Below are positions 29,683 to 38,322 of a DNA stretch of 64,000 nucleotides, one piece after another. The stretch is from contig JADZFU010000003.1 of assembly GCA_020854265.1 (NCBI GenBank), positions 28,408 through 92,407 of the forward strand, written 5' to 3'. Origin of the DNA: Candidatus Uhrbacteria bacterium (GTDB taxonomy: Bacteria > Patescibacteriota > Patescibacteriia > 2-12-FULL-60-25). Below the pieces are notes generated by a model. That model had not been told where the DNA came from. It made no database searches and saw nothing but the letters and a program-made list of their open reading frames with translations. How positions within the stretch are numbered: the first letter of the stretch is position 1; every line of letters starts with the position of its first letter. The position numbers and the translations under genes are program-made.

Positions 29683-29706
29683 AGCCCCCGCGTGACGGGG
29701 GCTTTT
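29683..29706 (+). terminator. Intrinsic terminator after the tRNA
   Basis: agcccccg-cgtga-cgggggct followed by tttt. Confidence 0.7.
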
Positions 29707-29721
29707 CTATTTGTATGAAAT

Positions 29722-30171
29722 ATGTTTGACTCGATTTTACGAGGTGTTCTTTTGCCCAAAAAGTACTGGAATTACCCGTCCTTCAACCCCGATCGGCTCA
29801 AGTCATATACCGTCCGGCAAGTCAGCATCCTGCGCTGGACCGACCGCGACTATGCGGACATCTGCATCAATGTGACGGACTCGCTTCGTCATGAGACTCG
29901 TCCGAATGGGTACTTCCTCTCGAAGCGGCTGAATGTCAGTTTCGAGCAGTCGCCCGAGCGCCGTTTCTTTCTGAAGCGCATGCACGTCGTCGAGTCGACC
30001 ATAGTCATCTCCATCTCGTTCTTTGAGCATCTCCGTCGTCGATTCGTGGCGCACGAGCCGCTCCTGCTGGCTTCTACGAAGGTGCCGGAGTCCCGTCTCG
30101 TCATTGCGGAGTACGCATTCGACGAGATGGCGATTGGTCCCTCCAAGCCCGATCCGGATCTCCCGTTCTGA
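29722..30171 (+). CDS. Hypothetical protein (149 aa)
   Basis: An ORF bracketed by two terminators. No clear SD and no domain recognised. Confidence 0.35.
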   Translation: MFDSILRGVLLPKKYWNYPSFNPDRLKSYTVRQVSILRWTDRDYADICINVTDSLRHETRPNGYFLSKRLNVSFEQSPERRFFLKRMHVVESTIVISISFFEHLRRRFVAHEPLLLASTKVPESRLVIAEYAFDEMAIGPSKPDPDLPF

Positions 30172-30172
30172 A

Positions 30173-30196
30173 AACCCCCTCCAACTGGAGGGGGTT
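30173..30196. terminator. Bidirectional terminator
   Basis: aaccccctcc-aact-ggagggggtt. Confidence 0.7.
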
Positions 30197-30199
30197 CTG

Positions 30200-31204
30200 T
30201 TATTTCGCAGGAGTGAGTGGTTCGCGTCCTTCGAGCACGGCGATGATATTTTCTGCCGCTATGCGCGACATGGCCTGCCTCGCCTCGATGGTTGCGCTGG
30301 CGGTATGCGGCGTCAAAATCACATTTGGAAACTGCTTCAGTTCAAGCTTGTCGGTCAGGTCGCAATCGATTGCCGGCTCGCACTCGAACACGTCCAGCGC
30401 CGCACCCGCAATCCGTTTTGTGCGCAAGGCAATCAGCAAAGCTTTTTCATCCACCACCGGACCTCGCGCGGTATTGACGAGGAAAGCGGATTTTTTCATC
30501 AAGCTGAATGCATCCGTTGAAATCAAATGCTTGGTCGATGGCAAAAGCGGGACATGCAGAGTAACAAAATCCGCTGTCTTCAAAAGCTTGTCCATCGGCA
30601 AATACGTGGCGCCAAACTCGCGTTCAAAATCGCCATTGCGTTTAGGATCGCTGTACACGCATTTCATTTTGAAACCTTTTACGGCCCGCTCTGCCACGGC
30701 AAAACCGATGCGTCCGAGTCCGATAATGCCAAGCGTTTTTCCATACACATCGGTTCCGATCAGATTATTCGGCGACCAGCCTTTATAACGGCCGGCTTTT
30801 GCATAAACATCAGACTCCGCGATGCGATGGGCAAGTGCCAGCATCAAGCTGAACGCATGTTCGGCAACCGTTTCCGAAACTTCTGGAGCCGGGGTATTTG
30901 TGACGGGGATCTTGCGTTTCTTTGCTTCGACAAGATCGATATTATCAAAACCCACGGCATAATTTGCGACAATTTTAAGCGATGGTCCGGCCGCCTCCAG
31001 TACGCCAGCATCGATCTTGTCCGTCAAAAGCGAGAGCAAAGCATCCGCGCCCTTCACGCGTCTCAAGAGCTCTTCGCGAGAAATGACTTCGTCACGCTCA
31101 AATACCTCCATGTCATAGCCTTTTTCGCGCAGCATGATGATGCCTTCATCCGCAAATGGCCGTGTCACAAACACGCGCTTCTTGGATGTTTTGAAAGGGT
31201 TCAT
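30200..31204 (-). CDS. D-isomer-specific 2-hydroxyacid dehydrogenase (glyoxylate/hydroxypyruvate reductase-like)
   Basis: NAD-binding GIIGLGRIGFAVAERA, the catalytic-region pattern LVNTARGPVVDE and TPHTASAT. Confidence 0.85.
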   Translation of the reverse strand: MNPFKTSKKRVFVTRPFADEGIIMLREKGYDMEVFERDEVISREELLRRVKGADALLSLLTDKIDAGVLEAAGPSLKIVANYAVGFDNIDLVEAKKRKIPVTNTPAPEVSETVAEHAFSLMLALAHRIAESDVYAKAGRYKGWSPNNLIGTDVYGKTLGIIGLGRIGFAVAERAVKGFKMKCVYSDPKRNGDFEREFGATYLPMDKLLKTADFVTLHVPLLPSTKHLISTDAFSLMKKSAFLVNTARGPVVDEKALLIALRTKRIAGAALDVFECEPAIDCDLTDKLELKQFPNVILTPHTASATIEARQAMSRIAAENIIAVLEGREPLTPAK

Positions 31205-31217
31205 ACGGTATAGTCTA

Positions 31218-32150
31218 TCACTTTTTCTTTAAGACGTACGCCGCCGATACTTTTACAAACGGAAGCAGGGCATTCACAACAAGCAGGAGAAGGATTTGGA
31301 TCGGCACAACTCCCAAATGCGCAAAAAACTTTGAACCGATAAACAGCGCGAGCGTATTGTTCATGTAGAGCATGCACAGCGCGATAGTCATGCGGTCCGC
31401 ATCCGGTCTCCAGGGAGCGAGATAGAATCCTGCCCACGTAAGCGCTCCGAGCAATGCCATGGAAAAGAGCATCATGAAAACATCAAAGCCGGTAATGGAC
31501 ACATTCCCGCCGCTCGAGCTCGCTGCCACGATTCCCGTAATCAAAACTCCGAATGCAGCCACCGAGAGATTGCGCCACCAGGCATCGTATTTTGCTACTT
31601 GTTTCGGTGTCGCGCGTTTCACAAGCATCGCCAAGGCGAAGGGAGCGACTATGGTCAGGAACAATGACCAAAACATGCGCAGCGTATCAATCTCCACCGC
31701 CTGTCCGACCGTTATCTGCGTGACAATCGGAATGGTAAACGGTGCCAAAAGCGAGGTAACCGTCGTGATCACCAAAGCGAGCGATGTCTTACCTCCAAAA
31801 AACTCGGCCATGAGGGCAATAGTCATGCCCGTCGGCATCGCCGCCACAATCATCAGTGCCACGGCCCAAGGATATGAAAGGAGGGATGCCGGGATAAACA
31901 CGGCAAAGGGCATGATTACGAGCATGTAGGTCGCGGCAAAAAACAGCATGCGCCAGTCCTTCGCATAGTTTGTCACTTCATCCAATGAAAGACGTAAACT
32001 CGAAAAGAAAAAAACCAGAATAAGGAGCTGGGTTGAAAACGCATTGAGGTATTTGAGCGTTTGCGGAAAGACGAGGCCCAAAATAATACCAACCAAGATC
32101 ACTATGGTCTGGTTTTCTGTCGCCAAACGTTTGAGATTAGAAATCAGCAT
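31218..32150 (-). CDS. Bile acid:sodium symporter (BASS/SBF-like) family transporter
   Basis: 310 aa with about 9-10 hydrophobic segments. Layout and length fit the SBF-like family. The call rests on recognition of the overall pattern only. Confidence 0.45.
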   Translation of the reverse strand: MLISNLKRLATENQTIVILVGIILGLVFPQTLKYLNAFSTQLLILVFFFSSLRLSLDEVTNYAKDWRMLFFAATYMLVIMPFAVFIPASLLSYPWAVALMIVAAMPTGMTIALMAEFFGGKTSLALVITTVTSLLAPFTIPIVTQITVGQAVEIDTLRMFWSLFLTIVAPFALAMLVKRATPKQVAKYDAWWRNLSVAAFGVLITGIVAASSSGGNVSITGFDVFMMLFSMALLGALTWAGFYLAPWRPDADRMTIALCMLYMNNTLALFIGSKFFAHLGVVPIQILLLLVVNALLPFVKVSAAYVLKKK

Positions 32151-33138
32151 GAGAAATGTGTATGGACTTCACGTCTTTATCCGTCGGTATTTTTTTTAGG
32201 ATGCCCGCCTTGGCGCCCATATGCGTGACAACGCCGAATGAATTGAGCATGCCCCACGCCAGTGCCGTTTTTACGTTTTTATTTTGTGCAATTGCCGACA
32301 CAAATGCACTGCCAAATGCATCGCCGGCACCCGTTGTGTTTTTTCGTTCACCTTGGAGAGACGGGGCATATAGGGTTTCTCCATTTGCATGTACGTATGC
32401 CCCGTTCGCCCCATCTGTTACGACAAGAATCAAATCCCGTTTCGATACTCGATACTCGATATTCGAAATAATTTCTGAAAGATGTCTTGGCGGAAGCTGG
32501 GCCAGCTCGGCGGCTTCTTCGCGATTCAAGAGCAGGATGTCGGTTTGCCGGAGAAGGGGAGCAAGTTTTTCCATGCCAAGTTCCAGCTCCTTCGCTCCCG
32601 GATTCCATGCCACGCGCGCGCCAAGCTCGATGGCCTGTGCAAACACCTCGCGGTTATTTTGCAGGTCTCCCGCGAGCGAGGTGATGTAAATCCAAGAAGT
32701 GTTTGTCCAAGGAAAAGATTTTGCATCCAGATGTCCTGCCGCGCCTCGATGGGTGAGAATGCCGCGCTCTCCGGTACCGGCGACGAGAATGACCGAATAC
32801 GCTGTCTTCTCTCCGGACTTGATCATGATCCCTCCGGTATCAATTCCTTCGTCGCGCAATTGATTGATCACGGTCCGACCGGTTTCATCATCTCCAACCA
32901 CGGAAAAACAGGCTGTAGTAAGTCCAAAACGTGCAAAGGTGACCGCTGCATTCGTAGCACCGCCTCCGGTGGCAATGGTCAGCTCATCTATGGGGAGTTT
33001 TGAACCCATCGGGATACAGGCATTGAAGCCATCCGGGGCACTTGGGTCTTTTTGCTCATCCCAGCCACGGCTACGGATAAACACGTCCTGTGTAGCAGAA
33101 CCAATGGTGATCACGTCAAAAGAGCCGGCCATAATCAA
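32137..33138 (-). CDS. PfkB-family carbohydrate kinase (ribokinase-like)
   Basis: VITIGSATQDVF, GGGATNAAV, and the C-terminal signature NTTGAGDAFGSAF. Confidence 0.8.
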   Translation of the reverse strand: MIMAGSFDVITIGSATQDVFIRSRGWDEQKDPSAPDGFNACIPMGSKLPIDELTIATGGGATNAAVTFARFGLTTACFSVVGDDETGRTVINQLRDEGIDTGGIMIKSGEKTAYSVILVAGTGERGILTHRGAAGHLDAKSFPWTNTSWIYITSLAGDLQNNREVFAQAIELGARVAWNPGAKELELGMEKLAPLLRQTDILLLNREEAAELAQLPPRHLSEIISNIEYRVSKRDLILVVTDGANGAYVHANGETLYAPSLQGERKNTTGAGDAFGSAFVSAIAQNKNVKTALAWGMLNSFGVVTHMGAKAGILKKIPTDKDVKSIHISHADF

Positions 33139-33155
33139 GGCTTATCTTAGCACAT

Positions 33156-33242
33156 TTGGCTAAAAATAGAAGAATTAATACACAAGGAAATTTGTCACAT
33201 ATTGCTTATATTAGCCAAAAAAATTTGGCTAATTTTAGCCAA
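33156..33242. repeat. Array of TTGGCTAA/TTAGCCAA palindromic boxes at the left edge of island 2
   Basis: TTGGCTAA at 33156-33163. TGCTTATATTAGCCAA at 33203-33218. TTGGCTAA-TT-TTAGCCAA (8-2-8 inverted repeat) at 33225-33242. The array ends 18 nt upstream of the -35 box. Confidence 0.6.
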
Positions 33243-33260
33243 TATTGATGTTCAATTTAC

Positions 33261-33289
33261 TTGACAAAATGATCATTCTGTGCTATATT
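33261..33289 (+). promoter_or_regulatory. Near-consensus sigma-70 promoter at the head of island 2
   Basis: TTGACA (33261-33266), 17-nt spacer, TATATT (33284-33289). Confidence 0.6.
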
Positions 33290-33380
33290 ATTATGTCAGG
33301 ATTGAAATGGATGTTGGCCGCCATTTCGACAAAAAAAGACCCAAAACAGTGAAGAATGCATCTTCGCTGTTTTTGGCCGA

Positions 33381-33426
33381 CCCATGACAATTTCGTCGTG
33401 GGTAGAAGAAAAGAAAGAGAAACCAC
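33381..33426 (+). repeat. Partial leader cassette (stem-loop 2 only)
   Basis: cccatgac-AATTTC-gtcgtggg, then the purine-rich agaagaaaagaaagagaaacc before the ATG at 33427. It lacks the CCTCC/GGAGG pair. Confidence 0.45.
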
Positions 33427-33744
33427 ATGACCACCATCCGCACCTTCGCCGCGTTCGTCATCTTCGCCCTCACCATCATCGCCATCCCGGCGAGCGCGAC
33501 CACGCGCCCCTCGATCGAGGTCACGGTCAACCACGCGCTCATCGAGCGCGAGCTCGGCACGTGCGACGCAGGCCGTGAGGTCTGGGTCCATGTGGGCAGC
33601 CACAGCCAGCGCGTCGTGGAGCACGCTTCGATCCCGATGTCGTACCGTTCGGAGGACTCGCTGAGCATCTCCGTCGAGATGAACTGCGGTGGCCGCGACG
33701 AGCGCCTGCCCGACGGCAGCGTCGACATCGCGTTCAGCAACTAA
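33427..33744 (+). CDS. Small secreted hypothetical protein (105 aa)
   Basis: Signal peptide MTTIRTFAAFVIFALTIIAIPASA. It shares the RTFAAF N-terminal motif with the next gene. Confidence 0.55.
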   Translation: MTTIRTFAAFVIFALTIIAIPASATTRPSIEVTVNHALIERELGTCDAGREVWVHVGSHSQRVVEHASIPMSYRSEDSLSISVEMNCGGRDERLPDGSVDIAFSN

Positions 33745-33765
33745 CCGCTCCTTCCCTGATAGGTC

Positions 33766-33841
33766 CCGACGCGCATACTTCGCGTCGGACCTCCCCTCGG
33801 ACCGCCGACAATTTCGTCGGAAGTCTGATCCGGAGGTTCTC
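33766..33841 (+). repeat. Leader cassette B
   Basis: SL1 ccgacgcg/cgcgtcgg, aCCTCCcctcgg, SL2 ccgac-AATTTC-gtcgg, tccGGAGG (33832-33836), ATG 33842. Confidence 0.7.
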
Positions 33842-34192
33842 ATGAACATCACCCGCACCTTCGCAGCGTTCGCGCTCGTCATGATCCTGCTCTTCGGCCT
33901 TCGTACGTCCGAGAGCTTCGTGAGCGACGGCACGCCCATCGATCTCGGCACGATCTCGATCGTGCACGCCGAGAGCCCGGTCCAGGAGATGTACGAGCTC
34001 CGTACGCTCGACTTCACCATGGACCGCTGCGAGGAGCTCTCGAGCTTCACGCTCCGCGTCGACGAAGTCGACATTCCCGATGCTCGCTACCAAGTGGTCT
34101 GCGAAGAGGGGATGGCCATCGTCGTCTTCACCGAGCCGCTCGAGCTCGTCCGCGAGCCCGAAACCACTTCGCTCTACGGCTTCGCCAGCTAA
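33842..34192 (+). CDS. Small secreted or membrane-anchored hypothetical protein (116 aa)
   Basis: MNITRTFAAFALVMILLFGL. The N-terminus is paralogous to the 33427 gene. GGAGG lies 5 nt upstream. Confidence 0.55.
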   Translation: MNITRTFAAFALVMILLFGLRTSESFVSDGTPIDLGTISIVHAESPVQEMYELRTLDFTMDRCEELSSFTLRVDEVDIPDARYQVVCEEGMAIVVFTEPLELVREPETTSLYGFAS

Positions 34193-34209
34193 CCGCTCCT
34201 TCACGGGTC

Positions 34210-34294
34210 GCACATCCCCCTGATGTGCCTCTTCTTAGACTTCTGACCAAATCGCAATTTCGCGACGGTCGGAGGTCAAAGACGGAGGCAGGTA
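34210..34294 (+). repeat. Leader cassette C
   Basis: SL1 gcacat/atgtgc, CU-rich ctcttctt, SL2 ctgacc..tcgc-AATTTC-gcga..ggtcgg, GGAGG at 34271 and 34284, ATG 34295. Confidence 0.65.
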
Positions 34295-34606
34295 ATGCTA
34301 CTCAACTTCGTGACATTCGTCGTGTTCGTGGTCACCCCGATCCTCGGTTTCATGGTGGACCGCAAGGCTGGTCACCAGACCAAGCTTAGCCGGGAAGAGT
34401 ACCGGCATCAGTGTCGGGCGCACTTCCACCGTCGGTTCTACTGGGTACTCGGATACATGTCCGTGTCTCTCATCCCGCTCATCATACTGGGAGCGACGGA
34501 ACAGATTCCGGCAGAGTGGAGTACGCTCTGCAGCTTCAGCGGCCTCATCGTCGTCTGGCTCTGGTACCGCTTCTTTCGTTTCGAGCACTGGTACTACGGG
34601 TACTAG
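34295..34606 (+). CDS. Small integral membrane protein (103 aa)
   Basis: Three hydrophobic segments: LLNFVTFVVFVVTPILGF, WVLGYMSVSLIPLIILG and LCSFSGLIVVWLW. Confidence 0.55.
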   Translation: MLLNFVTFVVFVVTPILGFMVDRKAGHQTKLSREEYRHQCRAHFHRRFYWVLGYMSVSLIPLIILGATEQIPAEWSTLCSFSGLIVVWLWYRFFRFEHWYYGY

Positions 34607-34636
34607 ATGTTCGTCGCTAGCCCCTTCTCTCTGGAC

Positions 34637-34708
34637 CTCGTCGGTGAAATGACGAGACTCCTCTCGGACTCATCACAATTTCGTGGTGATTCCAAGGTGG
34701 AGGTTTGA
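34637..34708 (+). repeat. Leader cassette D
   Basis: SL1 ctcgtc/gacgag, aCTCCtctcgg, SL2 tcatcac-AATTTC-gtggtga, gtGGAGG (34699-34703), ATG 34709. Confidence 0.7.
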
Positions 34709-35971
34709 ATGGACATTCGACACATCGTGTTCTTGTTCACGCTCGTGTTCGTCGGATGCTCGAGCACCGGCCCCGTCCACATGACGGAGGTCGAGTGCCG
34801 GCTCAACTCCGACTGTTCCGTCGGCGAGTACTGCGACACCTTCGCCAGCCTCTGTGGCTGGGACTGCCGCAGCGACGACGAGTGCGCGCCCGGCATGTAC
34901 TGCGACGCGACCAACGGCCGCTGCCTCCGCGAGGAGACGCCGCCCCCGCCGCCAGACGAGAGCCCCGTGCTCGAGATCGTGGCCGGCGACCAGTCGGACC
35001 TCGTACTCGTGGGTGGCGCGAATGCCGCCGAGCTCTACCGTTTCACGCTTCGCAACAACGGCGATCGTCCGATCGAGGTCTCGAACGTCCACATCGGCGC
35101 GACGACGACCTCGGCCTACACGCTCCGCGTGCTCGGCCTCGCGATCATCCGTGACGAGCGGAGCATCGACACGGTCGCCGGACCGATCGACCTGACACCG
35201 GACGACGAGGTGTACGCATTCGGACAGCGATTCGAGTACGCCTTCATCGTTCCGCCGCATGGCGAGCTACCGTTGGCCGTTCGGTCCGATCTACTGGACG
35301 GTGAGCGCGCGGAGTTCGATCTCTTCGTCGGCTTCGCTGATGATCTGCTCGACGTCCTGCGCTACGCCGATACAGGCGAGGAAGTCGCGGATGAGGACGT
35401 CGTGGGAAACCACTACATCGTCCGTCACGTCATCGTTCGCCCCGACCACCCAGGCGCGCTCTCCATCGTCATGGAGGAAAGCGGTGGGAGGCAGCTGATC
35501 GATGCCGGCACGGAGTCGGCGATCTCGCTCTTCCGCATCCTCGTCGAGAACGACACGGACGAGACGGTCTACCTGAGCGACCTGCGCATCCGCGTGACGG
35601 CCGACGACGGCCGACCGTGGATGACCGACGGTGTTGTGGCGCTCGGCTCGATCGACGTCCACAGCAGCTACGATCGTTCGTGGCTCACGGCTCCTCCCGG
35701 AGCCAGCGGCTGCGGAGGTCTCGGTTGCACCTTCGTCTTCGACGGTACGGCCCTCCCTCCCGGCGAGTCGACGGTGCTCGAGGTCTACGTGCGCATCAAC
35801 ACGCCGGGCCGCACCCTCTTCATGGCGGTGGGCGAGAGCTTCACCATGTTCCCGGGATCCACTGATGCCGGCTCGATCTTCCACAGGATCGCAACCGCTT
35901 CCGGTGACCTTCTCCCAGCGGACCAGGTCGTCGGAAACCAGGCAGGCTTCTTCTACGTCGCCTCGCGCTGA
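34709..35971 (+). CDS. Lipoprotein, hypothetical (420 aa)
   Basis: Lipobox LVFVGC. A Cys-rich N-terminal stretch (ECRLNSDCSVGEYCDTFASLCGWDCRSDDECAPGMYCD) followed by beta-rich domains. Confidence 0.65.
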   Translation: MDIRHIVFLFTLVFVGCSSTGPVHMTEVECRLNSDCSVGEYCDTFASLCGWDCRSDDECAPGMYCDATNGRCLREETPPPPPDESPVLEIVAGDQSDLVLVGGANAAELYRFTLRNNGDRPIEVSNVHIGATTTSAYTLRVLGLAIIRDERSIDTVAGPIDLTPDDEVYAFGQRFEYAFIVPPHGELPLAVRSDLLDGERAEFDLFVGFADDLLDVLRYADTGEEVADEDVVGNHYIVRHVIVRPDHPGALSIVMEESGGRQLIDAGTESAISLFRILVENDTDETVYLSDLRIRVTADDGRPWMTDGVVALGSIDVHSSYDRSWLTAPPGASGCGGLGCTFVFDGTALPPGESTVLEVYVRINTPGRTLFMAVGESFTMFPGSTDAGSIFHRIATASGDLLPADQVVGNQAGFFYVASR

Positions 35972-36003
35972 ACGCACCTTCGCCCTCACGGGCATCTCTG
36001 GAA

Positions 36004-36085
36004 CCCCACGCAATGATTCGCTCTTGCGTGGGGACTCCTCTCCGCCTGCCGACAATTTCGTCGGCGGCCGAAGATGGAGGATAAG
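36004..36085 (+). repeat. Leader cassette E
   Basis: SL1 ccccacgcaa/ttgcgtgggg, aCTCCTCTCCGCC, SL2 gccgac-AATTTC-gtcggc, GGCCGAAGATGGAGG, ATG 36086. Confidence 0.75.
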
Positions 36086-36964
36086 ATGAACCTTTCCAAG
36101 ATCCTGTTCGTGCTGTTCGCGGCCTGCATTGGCGCGGCTGTGGCTCTCATCCAGGGCTGCGGCATGTCGCACCTCTCGGCACCCGATACTGGCACCCCGT
36201 CCTTCACGGACGATGCCGGCATCACCGCCGTTCCCGACGCGCCCATCGCCGCTCCCGACGCCGGCCCCTCGATCTACGAGTGGCCCGACAGCGGTCCCGC
36301 TCCGACTCCGGTCGACGCGGGTACGGACGCCTTCGTCGAGCCGGATGCATACGTTGCTCCGCTCGGGCGTTACGCCTTCTGCGATCCATGGACCGCGGAC
36401 ATCGATCATCGCGGCGGCTTTCGCGGCTGCTGCGCAACCGAGGGCGTCTTCCCGACGGCCGACAGCGTCTCGCCCGGCATGCTTGTGAAGGGGAGCGGTT
36501 CGCCGGTCTACTACATCTCCGAAGACGGAACACGCCACATCTTTGCGACATCGCAGTTCCTCACGAGCTGGTATCTCGACCCATCCCGCGACGTGCGGTT
36601 CGGTCAGGATGCATACGCCTGTAGTCTCGTGACGCAGATTCCGGACGAGCTCCTCGCCTCGATTCGTATCGGCGGAAACGTGCCGATGCGTCCCGGTGTC
36701 GTCACGGCCGGCATCCTCACGGATCCTCGGCGCTACGTCATCGATCACGGCAACGTGCTTCGACGAATCGGCGATCCGACCGTGACCTTCAATCTCGCTG
36801 AGCCGTGGCTGCGTGGCCGCGACATCCTGATCAGTGACGCATTTTTCGTCACGTTCTGTATCGGCACCGAGATCTGGAACTCCGACGAGTACGACGGCGA
36901 GAGTCTCTACCGAGAGGCCACCATCCAGTACGAGATCGACCATTACTGCGGTCGAGATCTATAG
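36086..36964 (+). CDS. Lipoprotein, hypothetical (292 aa)
   Basis: Start at MNLSKILF, 5 nt after GGAGG. The ATG at 36074 lies inside the SD. Lipobox LIQGC. DAG-rich linker containing IYEWPDSGP. Confidence 0.65.
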   Translation: MNLSKILFVLFAACIGAAVALIQGCGMSHLSAPDTGTPSFTDDAGITAVPDAPIAAPDAGPSIYEWPDSGPAPTPVDAGTDAFVEPDAYVAPLGRYAFCDPWTADIDHRGGFRGCCATEGVFPTADSVSPGMLVKGSGSPVYYISEDGTRHIFATSQFLTSWYLDPSRDVRFGQDAYACSLVTQIPDELLASIRIGGNVPMRPGVVTAGILTDPRRYVIDHGNVLRRIGDPTVTFNLAEPWLRGRDILISDAFFVTFCIGTEIWNSDEYDGESLYREATIQYEIDHYCGRDL

Positions 36965-36980
36965 TTCCTTCTTCCGAGGT

Positions 36981-37055
36981 CCTGTCCGCGTACTGCGCGA
37001 CAGGCCTCCTCTCCGCCTCCCGACATTTCGTCGGGGGCCGAAGCTGGAGGATTCC
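36981..37055 (+). repeat. Leader cassette F
   Basis: SL1 cctgtccgcg/gcgcgacagg, CCTCCTCTCCGCC, SL2 cccgac-ATTTC-gtcggg, GGCCGAAGCTGGAGG, ATG 37056. Confidence 0.75.
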
Positions 37056-37847
37056 ATGAACGAGTTCGTCGCCGCCGACCTGTTCCTCATCATCAACAAC
37101 GGCATCACGCAGTCCGATCTCGCCGCCATCCGCGACCACGTCCGCAAGGCCGTGCCGCGCATCCGCGAGCTGGGCAACTGGCCCGCGCACATCGACGCCG
37201 AGCGCTCGCTCGTCTCGCGCGTGCCGACCATGCTCGATCAGGCGCCCGGCTTCGACGCCGGCATCGCCTGCGCGCTGGATCTGATCCCGCGCGACAAGCA
37301 GAAGCTCGCCGCCACGCTCCACGCCGTCTACACCGAGGCGGCCGTCGAGCAGGTGCGCCGCGAGGTGGTCGAGATGGAGCCCGACTCCGAGACCTGCTGG
37401 TGGCTCGCTGCCTCTAGCGTCTGCCTCGAGGGCGCGGTTTACGCCGACGTCTTCGAGCGTCAGCTCAAGGCCTTCGACCACCTCATCAAGTCGCCGGTCT
37501 TGCGCCTCACCACCGCCATCAAGACCTTCGCCGAGATGGGTAAGAACTTCCGTCTCGTCGACGGCATCCCGTTCGTCATCAAGGACGGCGGCCTCCAGGG
37601 TGCGTACGTCTCCGGTCACGACTGGGGCGTCCAGTACGTCGAGGACTACGGCCTGTTCTTCATCGGCACCTTCCGCCCTTCCCTCGGTCTCGAGAGCTTC
37701 CCGTTCTCGGACCGCAAGGACGAGCAGAGCCGTCCGATGAGCGGTCCCGTCCACGGCTCCAAGCAGTTCGTGAAGGTCTCGAGCTTCAAGGAGCTCGAGG
37801 CCGCGACCCGCTTCGTCCGCGCCCACTTGGGTTCGCCCAAGAAGTAG
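37056..37847 (+). CDS. Hypothetical protein (263 aa), no signal peptide
   Basis: ATG 5 nt after GGAGG. Balanced composition. No domain recognised. Confidence 0.6.
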   Translation: MNEFVAADLFLIINNGITQSDLAAIRDHVRKAVPRIRELGNWPAHIDAERSLVSRVPTMLDQAPGFDAGIACALDLIPRDKQKLAATLHAVYTEAAVEQVRREVVEMEPDSETCWWLAASSVCLEGAVYADVFERQLKAFDHLIKSPVLRLTTAIKTFAEMGKNFRLVDGIPFVIKDGGLQGAYVSGHDWGVQYVEDYGLFFIGTFRPSLGLESFPFSDRKDEQSRPMSGPVHGSKQFVKVSSFKELEAATRFVRAHLGSPKK

Positions 37848-37862
37848 CCCTTTCTTCGGAGT

Positions 37863-37948
37863 CCGACGTTGTTCACTCAACGTCGGCTCTCCTCTCGGAC
37901 TCCTGACTCGGCAATTTCGCCGCGTCCGGAGTCTGATCTGGAGGATGA
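37863..37948 (+). repeat. Leader cassette G
   Basis: SL1 ccgacgttg/caacgtcgg, ctCTCCTCTCgg, SL2 cggc-AATTTC-gccg nested in ggactc/gagtc, ctGGAGG (37940-37944), ATG 37949. Confidence 0.7.
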
Positions 37949-38311
37949 ATGCAAGAGAAGAAGAATCTTCGTTGGGAGGACGGCAAGTCCGCTGCTTTCG
38001 ACGATGCCTTCGACTGCTTCCTGCTTGCCTGCGTCGCGCTCACCGTGACCGTCGGCATCTGCTTCGGATCCTATGTTGCCAACATGGCAACGGCGGGTCT
38101 CGAGCTCGAGCTCGCCGTGGGCATGACCGGTTCCGCCGGCCTCATCGTCAGCGGCTGGTTCGCCAAGCAGAGCTACAAGTCTTGGCGCCGCTACGCCGCC
38201 TGGGACGACCGCATCGAGATGCGCAAGCGTCTCGCGGCCACGGGCATCACCCGCGCCGACGACTCGCCCAAACTCGAACACAGCACAACCCTGATCCGCA
38301 AGAAGCTCTAA
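37949..38311 (+). CDS. Small membrane protein (120 aa)
   Basis: Two hydrophobic segments: FDCFLLACVALTVTVGICFG and AVGMTGSAGLIVSGWF. Confidence 0.55.
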   Translation: MQEKKNLRWEDGKSAAFDDAFDCFLLACVALTVTVGICFGSYVANMATAGLELELAVGMTGSAGLIVSGWFAKQSYKSWRRYAAWDDRIEMRKRLAATGITRADDSPKLEHSTTLIRKKL

Positions 38312-38322
38312 CCAGGAGAACC

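Noticed and set aside
29601-30200. An integrated mobile element at tRNA-Ala.
   Set aside because: No integrase, transposase or direct repeat of the tRNA 3' end was seen next to the tRNA. Only one small orphan ORF bracketed by terminators follows it.
35291-36943. Long antisense or alternative-frame ORFs in islands 2 and 3: 35291-36943 (-), 36849-37880 (-), 38790-39392 (-), 39944-41704 (-), 44748-46049 (+), 47077-48069 (-), 48154-49239 (-), 51962-52972 (+), 53035-53979 (+).
   Set aside because: The reasoning is the same as for island 1. They cross the conserved cassettes and terminators, lack start signals, and have Arg/Gly/Asp/His-dominated composition.
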